64,000 bases of DNA from a bacterium (lineage in GTDB: Bacteria; Vulcanimicrobiota; JABDET01). The stretch covers positions 392,624 to 456,623 of the forward strand of contig JAJYZB010000001.1 in NCBI GenBank assembly GCA_021800275.1, written 5' to 3'. Below are positions 1-9,117 of this stretch, one piece after another. Below the pieces are notes generated by a model. It saw only the letters and a list, made by a program, of their open reading frames with translations, ran no database searches and was not told the DNA's origin. Every line of letters starts with the position of its first letter. The first letter of the stretch is position 1. The position numbers and the translations under genes are program-made.

Positions 1-918
1 CTCAACTTTTTCAATCAAGGTCAGGACATCGCCCATCCCTAATATCCTGGAAATCATTCGGTCAGGATAAAAAAGTTCTAAAGCTTTTAATTTCTCCCCT
101 ACCCCGACAAATTTAACAGGACACCCAGTAACAGACCTTATAGAAAGAGCCGCTCCTCCTCTTGCATCCCCATCCATTTTAGTCAGGATTATGCCTGTCA
201 AAGCCAAATCCTGATGAAACTGTTCAGCGATTTTCACAGCATCCTGTCCTGTCATTGCATCAGCCACCAGCAGAATTTCCGTTGGAGCTAAAACCGCTTT
301 TAACTGCTTTAACTCGACCATCATTTGTGCATCAATATGAAGTCTTCCAGCAGTATCTAAAATGACTGCATTTTTCTTTGAAGATTCTGCTAACTGCACA
401 GCCCCTTTTGCAATTTGAACCGGATCGGATTTATCTCCAAGAGAGAAAACAGGAACCTCCAACTCTTTCCCAAGAACTTGAAGCTGCTTGATCGCAGCAG
501 GACGATAAATGTCGCACGCAGCTAACACAGGCTCTTCCCCACTGTCTTTTAAGAAAAGCGCTAATTTTCCACAGGTCGTCGTTTTTCCTGAACCCTGCAG
601 TCCCACAATCATATAGATTGTAGGAGACTTTGAAGATTTCTGCAGCTTAGCAGGTCCCCCAACCAGAAGATTCATTTCATCGCGAACAATTCGGATCACG
701 GACTGGGCAGGAGTCAAGCTCTCTAAAACTTCTGCTCCAACAGCCTTTTCTTTAACAGCTGCCGTAAACTCTTTAACCACTTTTAAAGAAACGTCGGCTT
801 CCAGAAGAGCCATTCGCACTTCTCTGAGAGCTTCTGTGACGTCCGCTTCTGAAAGTTTTCCTTTTCCGCGAAGTTTTTTAAAAGCAGCTTGCAGTCTTTC
901 TGTAAGGGTTTCAAACAT
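1..918 (-). CDS. ffh: Signal recognition particle protein Ffh (3' part runs off the window)
   Basis: Not in the ORF track. Manual translation from ATG at 918 gives MFETLTERLQAAFKKLRGKGKLSEADVTEALREVRMALLEADV, then GLQGSGKTTT, DTAGR and TKMDGDARGG (SRP GTPase motifs). Confidence 0.97.
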   Translation of the reverse strand, partial: MFETLTERLQAAFKKLRGKGKLSEADVTEALREVRMALLEADVSLKVVKEFTAAVKEKAVGAEVLESLTPAQSVIRIVRDEMNLLVGGPAKLQKSSKSPTIYMIVGLQGSGKTTTCGKLALFLKDSGEEPVLAACDIYRPAAIKQLQVLGKELEVPVFSLGDKSDPVQIAKGAVQLAESSKKNAVILDTAGRLHIDAQMMVELKQLKAVLAPTEILLVADAMTGQDAVKIAEQFHQDLALTGIILTKMDGDARGGAALSIRSVTGCPVKFVGVGEKLKALELFYPDRMISRILGMGDVLTLIEKVE

Positions 919-1022
919 AATATTATTTGTTATTTGAGAAGCGCTTGAAATTCCCTTTACAAGCCACACAGACCTCCTGAAAATGAAGGATGTCGCTGAA
1001 GACAAGAGAATTGTGTGGCTTA

Positions 1023-2159
1023 ATGATTAAAACTGCTGCTGTTTTGGGCGCAGGAGTCATGGGAACTCAAATTGCGGAACTTCTCTCTAATTCGGGATTG
1101 CAGGTTCTTCTTTTAAGCATGAGGAACAGAAATAATTTTAAAACTTCTTCCTTTCAAACTGGAAACTTTGAAAAGAACCTGCACAATCTCCAGGATGTGG
1201 ACTGGATCATTGAAGCAGTCTCAGAAGAACTGGAAATAAAACAGGAGCTTTTTAAAAAAATCGCGTCTCTCAGAAAAAAAGAAGCCATTGTCAGCACAAA
1301 CACTTCGGGTATCCCGATTTCAGAGATTTCGAAAAATTTCAACGAAAATTTTTTAAACTATTTTCTTGGGACTCACTTTTTTAACCCACTGAAGTATCTT
1401 CCACTCCTGGAAATAATTCCTGGAAACAAAACACTCCCGAGTGTAGTTCAAATGATTTGCGAAACAGCAGATTCAGTTCTTCATCGAATCCCACTGATCT
1501 GTAAAGATACTCCTGGCTTTGTCGCGAATCGCATCGGAATTTTTATGGTTGGCCTTACAGTACAGACAGGAATCGAATATCAATTAAAGGTTGAAGAAGT
1601 AGATGAGATAACAGGGCAAATTATCGGGAGACCTAAAAGCGCTACTTTCCGCACTCTTGATCTGGTAGGAATAGATCACTATATTCACGTTTCCCAATAT
1701 CTTTACGAGTCACTGTTCAATGACCCTATGAGAAAATATTTTAAAGTTCCATATTTTATGCTCCAAATGCTTGAAAATCAAAAAAAATCAGGAAAGCATA
1801 GAGAGGGTTTTTACAAAAAAATCACAGGGAAAACCGGAAAACCCGAGATGTATTCTCTGGATTTAAAAACGTTTCAATACACTCCCTGCCTATCTCCTCA
1901 ATTCCCTTCCTTAGAAAAAGCAAAAGAGCAGACCACTTTAGAAAAAGGGATTCAAGTTCTGGCTGAAGGAACAGACAAAGCTTCTGACTTTTTTAAAGAG
2001 ACAATGAAGTCTCTCATCAAGTATGCAGCAAGCAAAATTCCCGAAATTGTGGACAGCAAAATTTCTCTGGATCAAGCCGTGAAATCAGGGTTCGGGTGGA
2101 AACTTGGACCCTTCGAACTCTGGGAAAAACTCTATTCCCTTTCTCCACATCGATTCTAA
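1023..2159 (+). CDS. 3-hydroxyacyl-CoA dehydrogenase (FadN/FadB-like N-terminal part, no hydratase domain)
   Basis: GAGVMG Rossmann motif, IIEAVSE, STNTSG, GTHFFNP, KDTPGFVANRIG. Start taken at MIKTAAVLG; the ORF is open from 990. Confidence 0.85.
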   Translation: MIKTAAVLGAGVMGTQIAELLSNSGLQVLLLSMRNRNNFKTSSFQTGNFEKNLHNLQDVDWIIEAVSEELEIKQELFKKIASLRKKEAIVSTNTSGIPISEISKNFNENFLNYFLGTHFFNPLKYLPLLEIIPGNKTLPSVVQMICETADSVLHRIPLICKDTPGFVANRIGIFMVGLTVQTGIEYQLKVEEVDEITGQIIGRPKSATFRTLDLVGIDHYIHVSQYLYESLFNDPMRKYFKVPYFMLQMLENQKKSGKHREGFYKKITGKTGKPEMYSLDLKTFQYTPCLSPQFPSLEKAKEQTTLEKGIQVLAEGTDKASDFFKETMKSLIKYAASKIPEIVDSKISLDQAVKSGFGWKLGPFELWEKLYSLSPHRF

Positions 2160-2161
2160 TT

Positions 2162-3385
2162 ATGAAAAAAGAAAAAGAACATCTCGCGCGCGGAAATTCT
2201 TTTATCCCTCCAGCTCCTCTTTATTCTGTTCAAAACATTTTTGTATATCTAAATCGCTGGTTTTTGTCAAGCGATGTTACCTGGGATATTGAGGGAATAG
2301 AAAACTGGAAATCTATCCCAAAAGGGACAGGAATTATTGCAGCTGTTAAACACGCACATCCCAATGATGTCTACGTTATCTATGAAATTGCACACAGAGC
2401 AAAAGTCAGGTGTTTGTATCTTACGGTTCCAGAGGTGTTTGAAGGATTTCTAGGACTGCAGAGATTTTTTGTGCGTGCATTTGGAGGGTTTGCTGTAGAA
2501 AGGGGGGGCAGAAACGTTCAAGCCATACGGTTTATTATAGAAGAATTAAAAAAAGGAGACTCTTCTCTCGTGGTTTTTCCCGAAGGAGAACTTTTTTATC
2601 TGAATGATTACGTCACTCCTTTAAAACAAGGGAATGCCTATTTTGCTTTAGAAGGAGCTAAAGCGAGATCTCTGGATGGAAAACCAGACAGTCTTTACTT
2701 CCTACCCATTGCTCTGAAATATGTTTATCAAGAAGATATCACTTCGTTTCTTAAAAAAAATCTGTCAACTCTAGAAGAAATCTTATTTAAAAAAACAAGA
2801 ACAGGGGAAATTATTGACCGAATACAGGGGCTTATGGATGAACTGCTTTCAAGAGCTGAAAAAGAGTTTAAAGTTTCCCCTCAGGGAAAAACTCCTGAAG
2901 AAAAATTCTGGAGTTTGAGTCAACTCCTGGTAGAAAAACTTGAAATGGAGGAATTTAGAAAGATTTCAAATGGGGAAATTTCAGACCGAGATAGGGTTTT
3001 CATGGCGCGATACGAGAAAACAACTAAAAAATTTAAACAAGCGTTCTGGAGCCTGTACAGCCTTTCATTTCTGCCTGGCTATCTGGACTCAGGCGACCAG
3101 TATCGGATGATGGAAACAATCCTAAAAATAAACAGGCTGATAACAGGAAATGAGATTCCGCTTTTTCCAGGACAGCGGCGCCTTCTGGTAAAAGTAAAAA
3201 AGCCTCTCTCGGTTCAACCTTACCTGGAAAAGTATCTAAAGCCGGACACAAAAAAAGAAGCGATGCAGAACTTATTGACAGATCTGCGCTCAACCTTGCA
3301 GAAATCAGTCAACGACCTGCGGAAAAAAGCTCAAAATTTTTCCTGGCAGCCAGGAGGTCTGCCCTCCACTCCGAACAAGAACTGA
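2162..3385 (+). CDS. PlsC-family lysophospholipid/glycerol acyltransferase with helical C-terminal extension
   Basis: HxxxxD motif (HAHPND) and VFPEG motif. ATG at 2162 follows the upstream stop directly. Confidence 0.8.
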   Translation: MKKEKEHLARGNSFIPPAPLYSVQNIFVYLNRWFLSSDVTWDIEGIENWKSIPKGTGIIAAVKHAHPNDVYVIYEIAHRAKVRCLYLTVPEVFEGFLGLQRFFVRAFGGFAVERGGRNVQAIRFIIEELKKGDSSLVVFPEGELFYLNDYVTPLKQGNAYFALEGAKARSLDGKPDSLYFLPIALKYVYQEDITSFLKKNLSTLEEILFKKTRTGEIIDRIQGLMDELLSRAEKEFKVSPQGKTPEEKFWSLSQLLVEKLEMEEFRKISNGEISDRDRVFMARYEKTTKKFKQAFWSLYSLSFLPGYLDSGDQYRMMETILKINRLITGNEIPLFPGQRRLLVKVKKPLSVQPYLEKYLKPDTKKEAMQNLLTDLRSTLQKSVNDLRKKAQNFSWQPGGLPSTPNKN

Positions 3386-3389
3386 CAGG

Positions 3390-4367
3390 ATGAAAAGCTT
3401 CTGGATTGGGAACTTAAAAATCGAACACCCGATTATTTTAGCTCCTATGGAACATGTGACCAACTCTATTTTTCGTAGAATTGTGAAACCTTTTGGAGCC
3501 AGCTTAATGTTCACGGAATTCTGCTCATCTGATGGACTGATCTATGGGAAAGAAAAAATCTGGGAGATGGTTCGTTTCCATGAATCTGAAAGACCTGTCG
3601 CTATCCAGATTTTCGGGAACAGCCCTAAAATCATGTCTGAATGCGCTAAAAAAATGGAGGACTTAGGCGCTGACATCCTGGATATTAACTGTGGGTGTTC
3701 TGTGCCAAAGATGGAAAAATGCCAGTCCGGAGCCTATTTAACAAGAGATCTGTCTTTATTAAAAAGGGTCATGGAGTCAGTTCGAAAAGCGGTTCAAATT
3801 CCTGTTACTATTAAGGTGCGAAAAGGATGGGACGAAAACCACCTGACCTGCTTTGACATCGCAAAAATGGCAGAAATCCTTGGATTTAATGCAATCACGA
3901 TCCATGGACGCACCAGTGTCCAGGGGTACACGGGAAAAGCGGATTGGGAAACCATTGATCAAGTGGCTCGCATGGTCAAGATTCCGGTCATAGGCAGCGG
4001 GGATATTACAAACGCAGAAACTGCCTTTGAAAAATTAAGTCGGACCGCAATTTCAGGAATCATGATTGGCAGAGGGGTTATAGGAAATCCCTGGATCTTC
4101 CCTGAAATATCTTACTATCTAGAAAAGAAAAGAAACCTGCCTGCCCCGCTTCCACAGGAAAAAATGAAAATCATGTTAAAACATCTCGAAATGGGGATTG
4201 AAGAATACGGAGAAACCGAGGGGATCCTGCAAACACGCCGACATCTCACCTGGTATGTAAAAGGGCTTCATAATTCTACTTATTTCCGAGGAAAGCTCCA
4301 AAGTCTAACCAACAGAAATGAGATCGAAGAAGAAATCGCTAAATTTTTCTTTCCGCTGCTCAATTAA
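3390..4367 (+). CDS. dusB: tRNA-dihydrouridine synthase B
   Basis: LAPME, DINCGC, PVTIKVRKGWD, IHGRT, GIMIGRG..GNPWIF. Confidence 0.93.
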   Translation: MKSFWIGNLKIEHPIILAPMEHVTNSIFRRIVKPFGASLMFTEFCSSDGLIYGKEKIWEMVRFHESERPVAIQIFGNSPKIMSECAKKMEDLGADILDINCGCSVPKMEKCQSGAYLTRDLSLLKRVMESVRKAVQIPVTIKVRKGWDENHLTCFDIAKMAEILGFNAITIHGRTSVQGYTGKADWETIDQVARMVKIPVIGSGDITNAETAFEKLSRTAISGIMIGRGVIGNPWIFPEISYYLEKKRNLPAPLPQEKMKIMLKHLEMGIEEYGETEGILQTRRHLTWYVKGLHNSTYFRGKLQSLTNRNEIEEEIAKFFFPLLN

Positions 4368-4387
4368 AAGAGCGGCTAAGATCAATC

Positions 4388-6535
4388 GTGGAAACTCAGA
4401 ACTCTCCTGGTTCTCAATATTTAAAAAATCTTCTGACTTTAATGAAGGTTCTAGAAGCACGCAACCCGTTTAATGTCAAACACTGCGAGTTAGTGGCGCA
4501 GTATGTTCAAGAAATCGGAAAAGAAGCAGGGGTTCTCCCTGGTGTCGTGGAGAAATCACATCTAGCAGCTCAGGTGCATACCCTTGGAGTTCTCCTTCAA
4601 ATTGAGGAAAAGAAAGCCCTATTCTCCCTCCCTCTTTGTTCTGACCATGAAAACTTGAGATCGGTTTCTTTAATCCAACGAGAAGAAGACATTCTGCGCA
4701 GCGCTTTCAGTGGTGATTCTCGTCTCAATGAAATAATCCCCATCATTCTCCAAAGACACGAATGGTTCAATGGGAGTGGAGTAAAAGGTATAAAGGGAGA
4801 AAAAATTTTAGAGGAAGCCAGACTGCTGGCTGCAGCTGATGCATACGTGGATCTCGCTACTCCCAAATCACATCGTTATCCCGCAACAGGAATTGAAGTG
4901 ATGCGCCGAATTTCAGAACTTGCAGGATCTGAATTTGATCCTGTATTTGTGAATGCTCTTGCCTCCATTGTTTCGAAAGGAGAAAAATGGAATGCCCAAG
5001 AAAGAGCTTACCGCTTTACCCATGCACAGTGTCTCCACTGGCTGGATCTGGGGGATTTCTACCGTCAGAGTCAGCAGTCGGATTGGGCAGTTCGGTGTTA
5101 CACACTTGCTCTCCGCACAGCAGAAGAAATGGAAAACCCGGAATTAATTGTCAACGCCCTTTCAAAACTCTTCATGGCTTACTGGAATTCAGGGGACATA
5201 GAATCTGCTCAAGCCCTTCTCGATCGGGTTCAGAAAGAAGCTGCCTCTGTCTCCCCTGTTTTAACCCAGAGATCCCGCATTTTAAGAGGTCTTCTGGAAT
5301 GGGCTGATGGCAGAAAAGAAAAAGGAGTAGAAATCCTTGAACCTCTCGCTAAAGAATTTAGCAGTGGCCAGGATTTGATCGGACTTTTCACAACCCTTCT
5401 TTTTCTCTCAAGTTTGACCCTTCTCCAAAATCAAAAAGATCAAAAAACACACATCGAATGGCTGACAAAGTTTTTAAATCTCTTGAACCAGCATGATTTA
5501 TTTGATTTAATGATCCAATATCGCCCGTACGTGCTTCTTCTTTTATTAAGCGGCATTATTCACCAAGTGAATCCTCCCTTGTGCCGAATTCTTTTAACCC
5601 GCATGGGAGAGCCCTGTGTCCCCCATCTTGAAGAAAAACTAAGTGAGCTTCCGCCAGCGAAGTGGATGGATATTCTTCCAATTGAACTCCCCTTTTCTTA
5701 TTCTCCTGCAAAGATTTCAGTTGGACAAGAAAAAAAAGCGGCAATTCTCTCATCTCATTCCGAATCTAACAAAACTCTGCAAATCTTCTTCCTGGGCTCC
5801 TTTAGAGTGGAAACTGAAGGGAAAGTGATCACAGAAGAAAATTGGCCGACCCAAAAAGCCATGAAACTTTTTGCTTTCTTAGCTTACCGCCGCCAGAGCC
5901 CTGTCTCAGATGAAATCCTGCTTGAACATTTTTGGCCTGACAGAGAAGAAGAAAAAGCGCGAAACAGTTTAAGAAATGCGCTCCATCATGTTCGATCCCT
6001 TTTCAAAGATTTTGTGCCGGAAAAAGAGTCAGTCAAATTCCTTGTCAGAAGCAGAAAAACAGGAACTCTTTCCCTTAATCTTCCTCTTTTTGTGGACATC
6101 GAGGAATTTGAAAACTTATATTCTGCAGCCTGCCCTCTCGTTTCAGAAAAAAAATACTCGGAAGCTCTCCCTATCCTCAAACAATCCCTTTCCTTTAACA
6201 AAGGAGATTTTCTTGAAAACATCAAAGACGAATGGACAGAAACACCCCGAACTCACTTTTCCTTAACATTCCTGAAAACCACACTGCTAATGTCCAAATG
6301 CTGCCTTTTAACAGGTGATTATGAAGCCGCTGAGCTAGCGGCAAGGCAGATCCTTATCAAAGATGACCTGCAGGAAGAAGCTTATCATTATTTAATTGAA
6401 TCTCTCCTGAAACAAGGGAAAAAAACAGAAGCCTTAAAACAGTATCAGGAAGCCATACATCATTTAGAAAAAGAACTTGGAATTTCTGTTTCCTCCGATT
6501 TTCATCCCCTTTATGAAAAGATAATAAAATCCTGA
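4388..6535 (+). CDS. Multidomain regulator: degenerate HD-GYP, TPR-like helices, SARP-type winged helix and BTAD
   Basis: N-terminus is HD-GYP-like (HCELVA, QRHEWFNGSG, ARLLAAADAY, GSEFDP). C-terminus has LQIFFLGSFRV, KAMKLFAFL, FWPD...ARNSLRNALHHVR, VDIEEF, GDFLE...W, D.LQEEAY, ELGIS. Confidence 0.8.
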   Translation: METQNSPGSQYLKNLLTLMKVLEARNPFNVKHCELVAQYVQEIGKEAGVLPGVVEKSHLAAQVHTLGVLLQIEEKKALFSLPLCSDHENLRSVSLIQREEDILRSAFSGDSRLNEIIPIILQRHEWFNGSGVKGIKGEKILEEARLLAAADAYVDLATPKSHRYPATGIEVMRRISELAGSEFDPVFVNALASIVSKGEKWNAQERAYRFTHAQCLHWLDLGDFYRQSQQSDWAVRCYTLALRTAEEMENPELIVNALSKLFMAYWNSGDIESAQALLDRVQKEAASVSPVLTQRSRILRGLLEWADGRKEKGVEILEPLAKEFSSGQDLIGLFTTLLFLSSLTLLQNQKDQKTHIEWLTKFLNLLNQHDLFDLMIQYRPYVLLLLLSGIIHQVNPPLCRILLTRMGEPCVPHLEEKLSELPPAKWMDILPIELPFSYSPAKISVGQEKKAAILSSHSESNKTLQIFFLGSFRVETEGKVITEENWPTQKAMKLFAFLAYRRQSPVSDEILLEHFWPDREEEKARNSLRNALHHVRSLFKDFVPEKESVKFLVRSRKTGTLSLNLPLFVDIEEFENLYSAACPLVSEKKYSEALPILKQSLSFNKGDFLENIKDEWTETPRTHFSLTFLKTTLLMSKCCLLTGDYEAAELAARQILIKDDLQEEAYHYLIESLLKQGKKTEALKQYQEAIHHLEKELGISVSSDFHPLYEKIIKS

Positions 6536-6570
6536 AGGGGGACTATTATTCAAATCGAATTCCAACAGGC

Positions 6571-7530
6571 ATGTTAACAAAATCAAATTCTCTAGATCAA
6601 CTAATTCAACAAACTCTAGAAGGACGAGAAGTTTCGTTATCCCGATTGATCACACTGATTGAAAACGAGTCTTCAGAAGCTTCTCTCATACTCAAAACTC
6701 TTTACCCTCATCGAAAAAAATCATACCGAATCGGGATTACGGGTCCTCCAGGAGGTGGAAAATCAACTCTGGTTGACCGTCTAGCTCTTCTGGCAAGAGA
6801 ACAAGGCTTCAAAGTTGGAATCGTTTGTGTTGATCCAACAAGCCCTTTTACTGGAGGGGCAATACTGGGAGACCGAATTCGAATGAGCAAATCTTCTGGC
6901 GACCCTGATATTTTTATCAGAAGCATGGCAGCAAGAGGATCCCTGGGAGGAATGGCTCGAACAACAGAACAAGTAACAGAAATTCTGGAAGCATCTGGAA
7001 AAGATTTAATCTTAATTGAAACCGTTGGAGTTGGACAATCTGAACTGGATATTTACCAGACAGTTGATACCGTTGTAGTGGTCCTAGTCCCTGAATCAGG
7101 AACAGGGGTTCAAGCCATGAAAGCAGGGCTTATGGAAATCGCCCATATTTTTGTCGTCAATAAAGCAGACAGACCAGGCGCCAGTCGAATAAAACAAGAA
7201 ATTGAAGATGTTCTTGGGCTTGCTCCACAGCAGGAGTGGTACCCCCCCGTTTTTTTAGCTCAAGCTTATCGGGGAATCGGGGCAAAAGAAATCTTTGAAG
7301 GGTGTCTGAATCACAAAACGTTTCTTGAAAACAGGAAAAAATCAGATTACACCTTGAAAAAAATCGAAAAAAAATTGCGGGATTTGATTCTTGAAAAAAT
7401 GGAAAAAGAGGTTTTTCAAAGGGATAGAGCTAAAGAAAATCTTATTTGTTATTCAAAAAAAATATTGGAAGGAGTTTTAGACCCCTATACAGCAGCAGAA
7501 GAATGGGTCGAACAGATTAGAAAACAGTGA
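6571..7530 (+). CDS. meaB: Methylmalonyl-CoA mutase-associated GTPase
   Basis: GITGPPGGGKST, VDPTSPFTGGAILGDRIRM, ETVGVGQSE, VNKAD. Confidence 0.95.
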   Translation: MLTKSNSLDQLIQQTLEGREVSLSRLITLIENESSEASLILKTLYPHRKKSYRIGITGPPGGGKSTLVDRLALLAREQGFKVGIVCVDPTSPFTGGAILGDRIRMSKSSGDPDIFIRSMAARGSLGGMARTTEQVTEILEASGKDLILIETVGVGQSELDIYQTVDTVVVVLVPESGTGVQAMKAGLMEIAHIFVVNKADRPGASRIKQEIEDVLGLAPQQEWYPPVFLAQAYRGIGAKEIFEGCLNHKTFLENRKKSDYTLKKIEKKLRDLILEKMEKEVFQRDRAKENLICYSKKILEGVLDPYTAAEEWVEQIRKQ

Positions 7531-7934
7531 AAAGAAAACTAAAAATTTTAGTTTCTAAAATTGGTTTAGATGGTCATGATCGAGGAGCAAAAGTTGTTGC
7601 TCGCTCTTTGAGAGACGCTGGATTTGAAGTCATTTATCTTGGAATTCATCAAACTCCTGAAATGGTTGTCAATGCCGCTGTCCAAGAAGATGTGGATGTG
7701 ATCGGACTATCTCATCTTTCAGGGGCTCATAAAACACTTTTTCCCCGAACTCTTCAATTATTAAAAGAAAAAGGAAGAGAAGACATCCTTGTCATGGGAG
7801 GAGGAATTATTCCCGAGGAAGACAAAAGCGAACTGCTCAAGCTGGGGATTGTTAAGTTGTTTGGTCCAGGAACATTAACCCAGGATATTATCTCTTATTT
7901 AAAAGAATTGGAAAAAGAAAAATATCTGACATGA
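7527..7934 (+). CDS. Acyl-CoA mutase cobalamin-binding (small) subunit
   Basis: KIGLDGHDRGAKVVA (DxHxxG B12 motif), GGGIIP, FGPGT. Confidence 0.93.
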   Translation: MKRKLKILVSKIGLDGHDRGAKVVARSLRDAGFEVIYLGIHQTPEMVVNAAVQEDVDVIGLSHLSGAHKTLFPRTLQLLKEKGREDILVMGGGIIPEEDKSELLKLGIVKLFGPGTLTQDIISYLKELEKEKYLT

Positions 7935-9112
7935 AACCCTTGGAGGGACTTCGAGTTTTAGACTTCACCCGAATTCTGGCAGGTCCCTTTTCAACCATGC
8001 TTCTGGCTGATATGGGAGCAGAGGTTATTAAGATTGAAGAACCCCAAAAAGGAGATGAAACCAGAGCCTATGGCCCTCCTTTTTTCGAAGGATTCAGCAC
8101 CTATTTTTTAAGTGTCAATCGAGGGAAAAAATCTCTGACCCTTAATTTAAAACACCCGAAAGCTAGAGGTATGCTCATCACTCTTTTGCATTCCAGCGAT
8201 ATTTTAGTAGAAAACTTTCGCCCCGGAACAATGTCAAAACTCAATTTAGATTATCCATCTGTCTCTTCCTTAAATCCTAAACTTATATACTGCAGCATTT
8301 CAGGATATGGGCAAACTGGACCAGAGGCTTTAAAACCAGGATATGATCTGGTGATTCAAGGAATCTCGGGTTTAATGGATCTCACGGGAAATCCTGATGG
8401 TCCCCCTCTGAAAGTAGGAACTTCAATCGCGGATTTAGTCGCCGGATTGACAGCTGTCCAGAGCATTTTGCTGGCATTGATACAAAGAGAAAAAACAGGA
8501 AAAGGAACTTTTTTGGACATCGCTCTTTTAGATTCTTTAGCTGCTATGCTGACATATCAAGCAGGTCTCCATTTCATTGGGATAGAACCTAAGCGAATGG
8601 GAAACCAGCATCCATCCATCTGTCCCTATGAAACTTTTCAAGCAAAAGATGGATATTTCAATATTGCTGCTGCCAATGATAAACTCTGGAAAACATTCTG
8701 TGAAGGAATCGGACATTCGGAATTAATCGCCGATCCCCGTTTTAAAACAAACCCTGACCGGGTTCAAAATCGTCCTGATTTAGTTAAAATATTAAACAAA
8801 ATTTTCAAAGAAAGAGCTGCCTCTGAATGGGTTGACCTTCTGCAGCAGCAGGGAATTCCAGCAGGCTTAATTTTCTCTGTTTCAGAGGTTTTAGAACATC
8901 CACATCTAAAAGAAAGAGAAATGATCATGAATCTTCCGATAAATGGGAAAGGCTTTCGATTTTTAGCCAATCCAATTTCTGTGATTCGCGAAGAAAAAGA
9001 CAAATCCACTCCTCCTCCTTCGCTCGGAGAACACACCGAAAAAGTTCTGCGTGAAATCCTCAAACTTCTTCCATCTGATATAGCTACACTGAAAAGAGAA
9101 GGAGTTGTTTAA
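7931..9112 (+). CDS. Family III CoA-transferase (CaiB/BaiF)
   Basis: PLEGLRVLDF..LAGP, LADMGAEVIKIE, NRGKKSL, VENFRPG, SISGYGQTGP, GYD. Confidence 0.95.
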   Translation: MKPLEGLRVLDFTRILAGPFSTMLLADMGAEVIKIEEPQKGDETRAYGPPFFEGFSTYFLSVNRGKKSLTLNLKHPKARGMLITLLHSSDILVENFRPGTMSKLNLDYPSVSSLNPKLIYCSISGYGQTGPEALKPGYDLVIQGISGLMDLTGNPDGPPLKVGTSIADLVAGLTAVQSILLALIQREKTGKGTFLDIALLDSLAAMLTYQAGLHFIGIEPKRMGNQHPSICPYETFQAKDGYFNIAAANDKLWKTFCEGIGHSELIADPRFKTNPDRVQNRPDLVKILNKIFKERAASEWVDLLQQQGIPAGLIFSVSEVLEHPHLKEREMIMNLPINGKGFRFLANPISVIREEKDKSTPPPSLGEHTEKVLREILKLLPSDIATLKREGVV

Positions 9113-9117
9113 AATAA

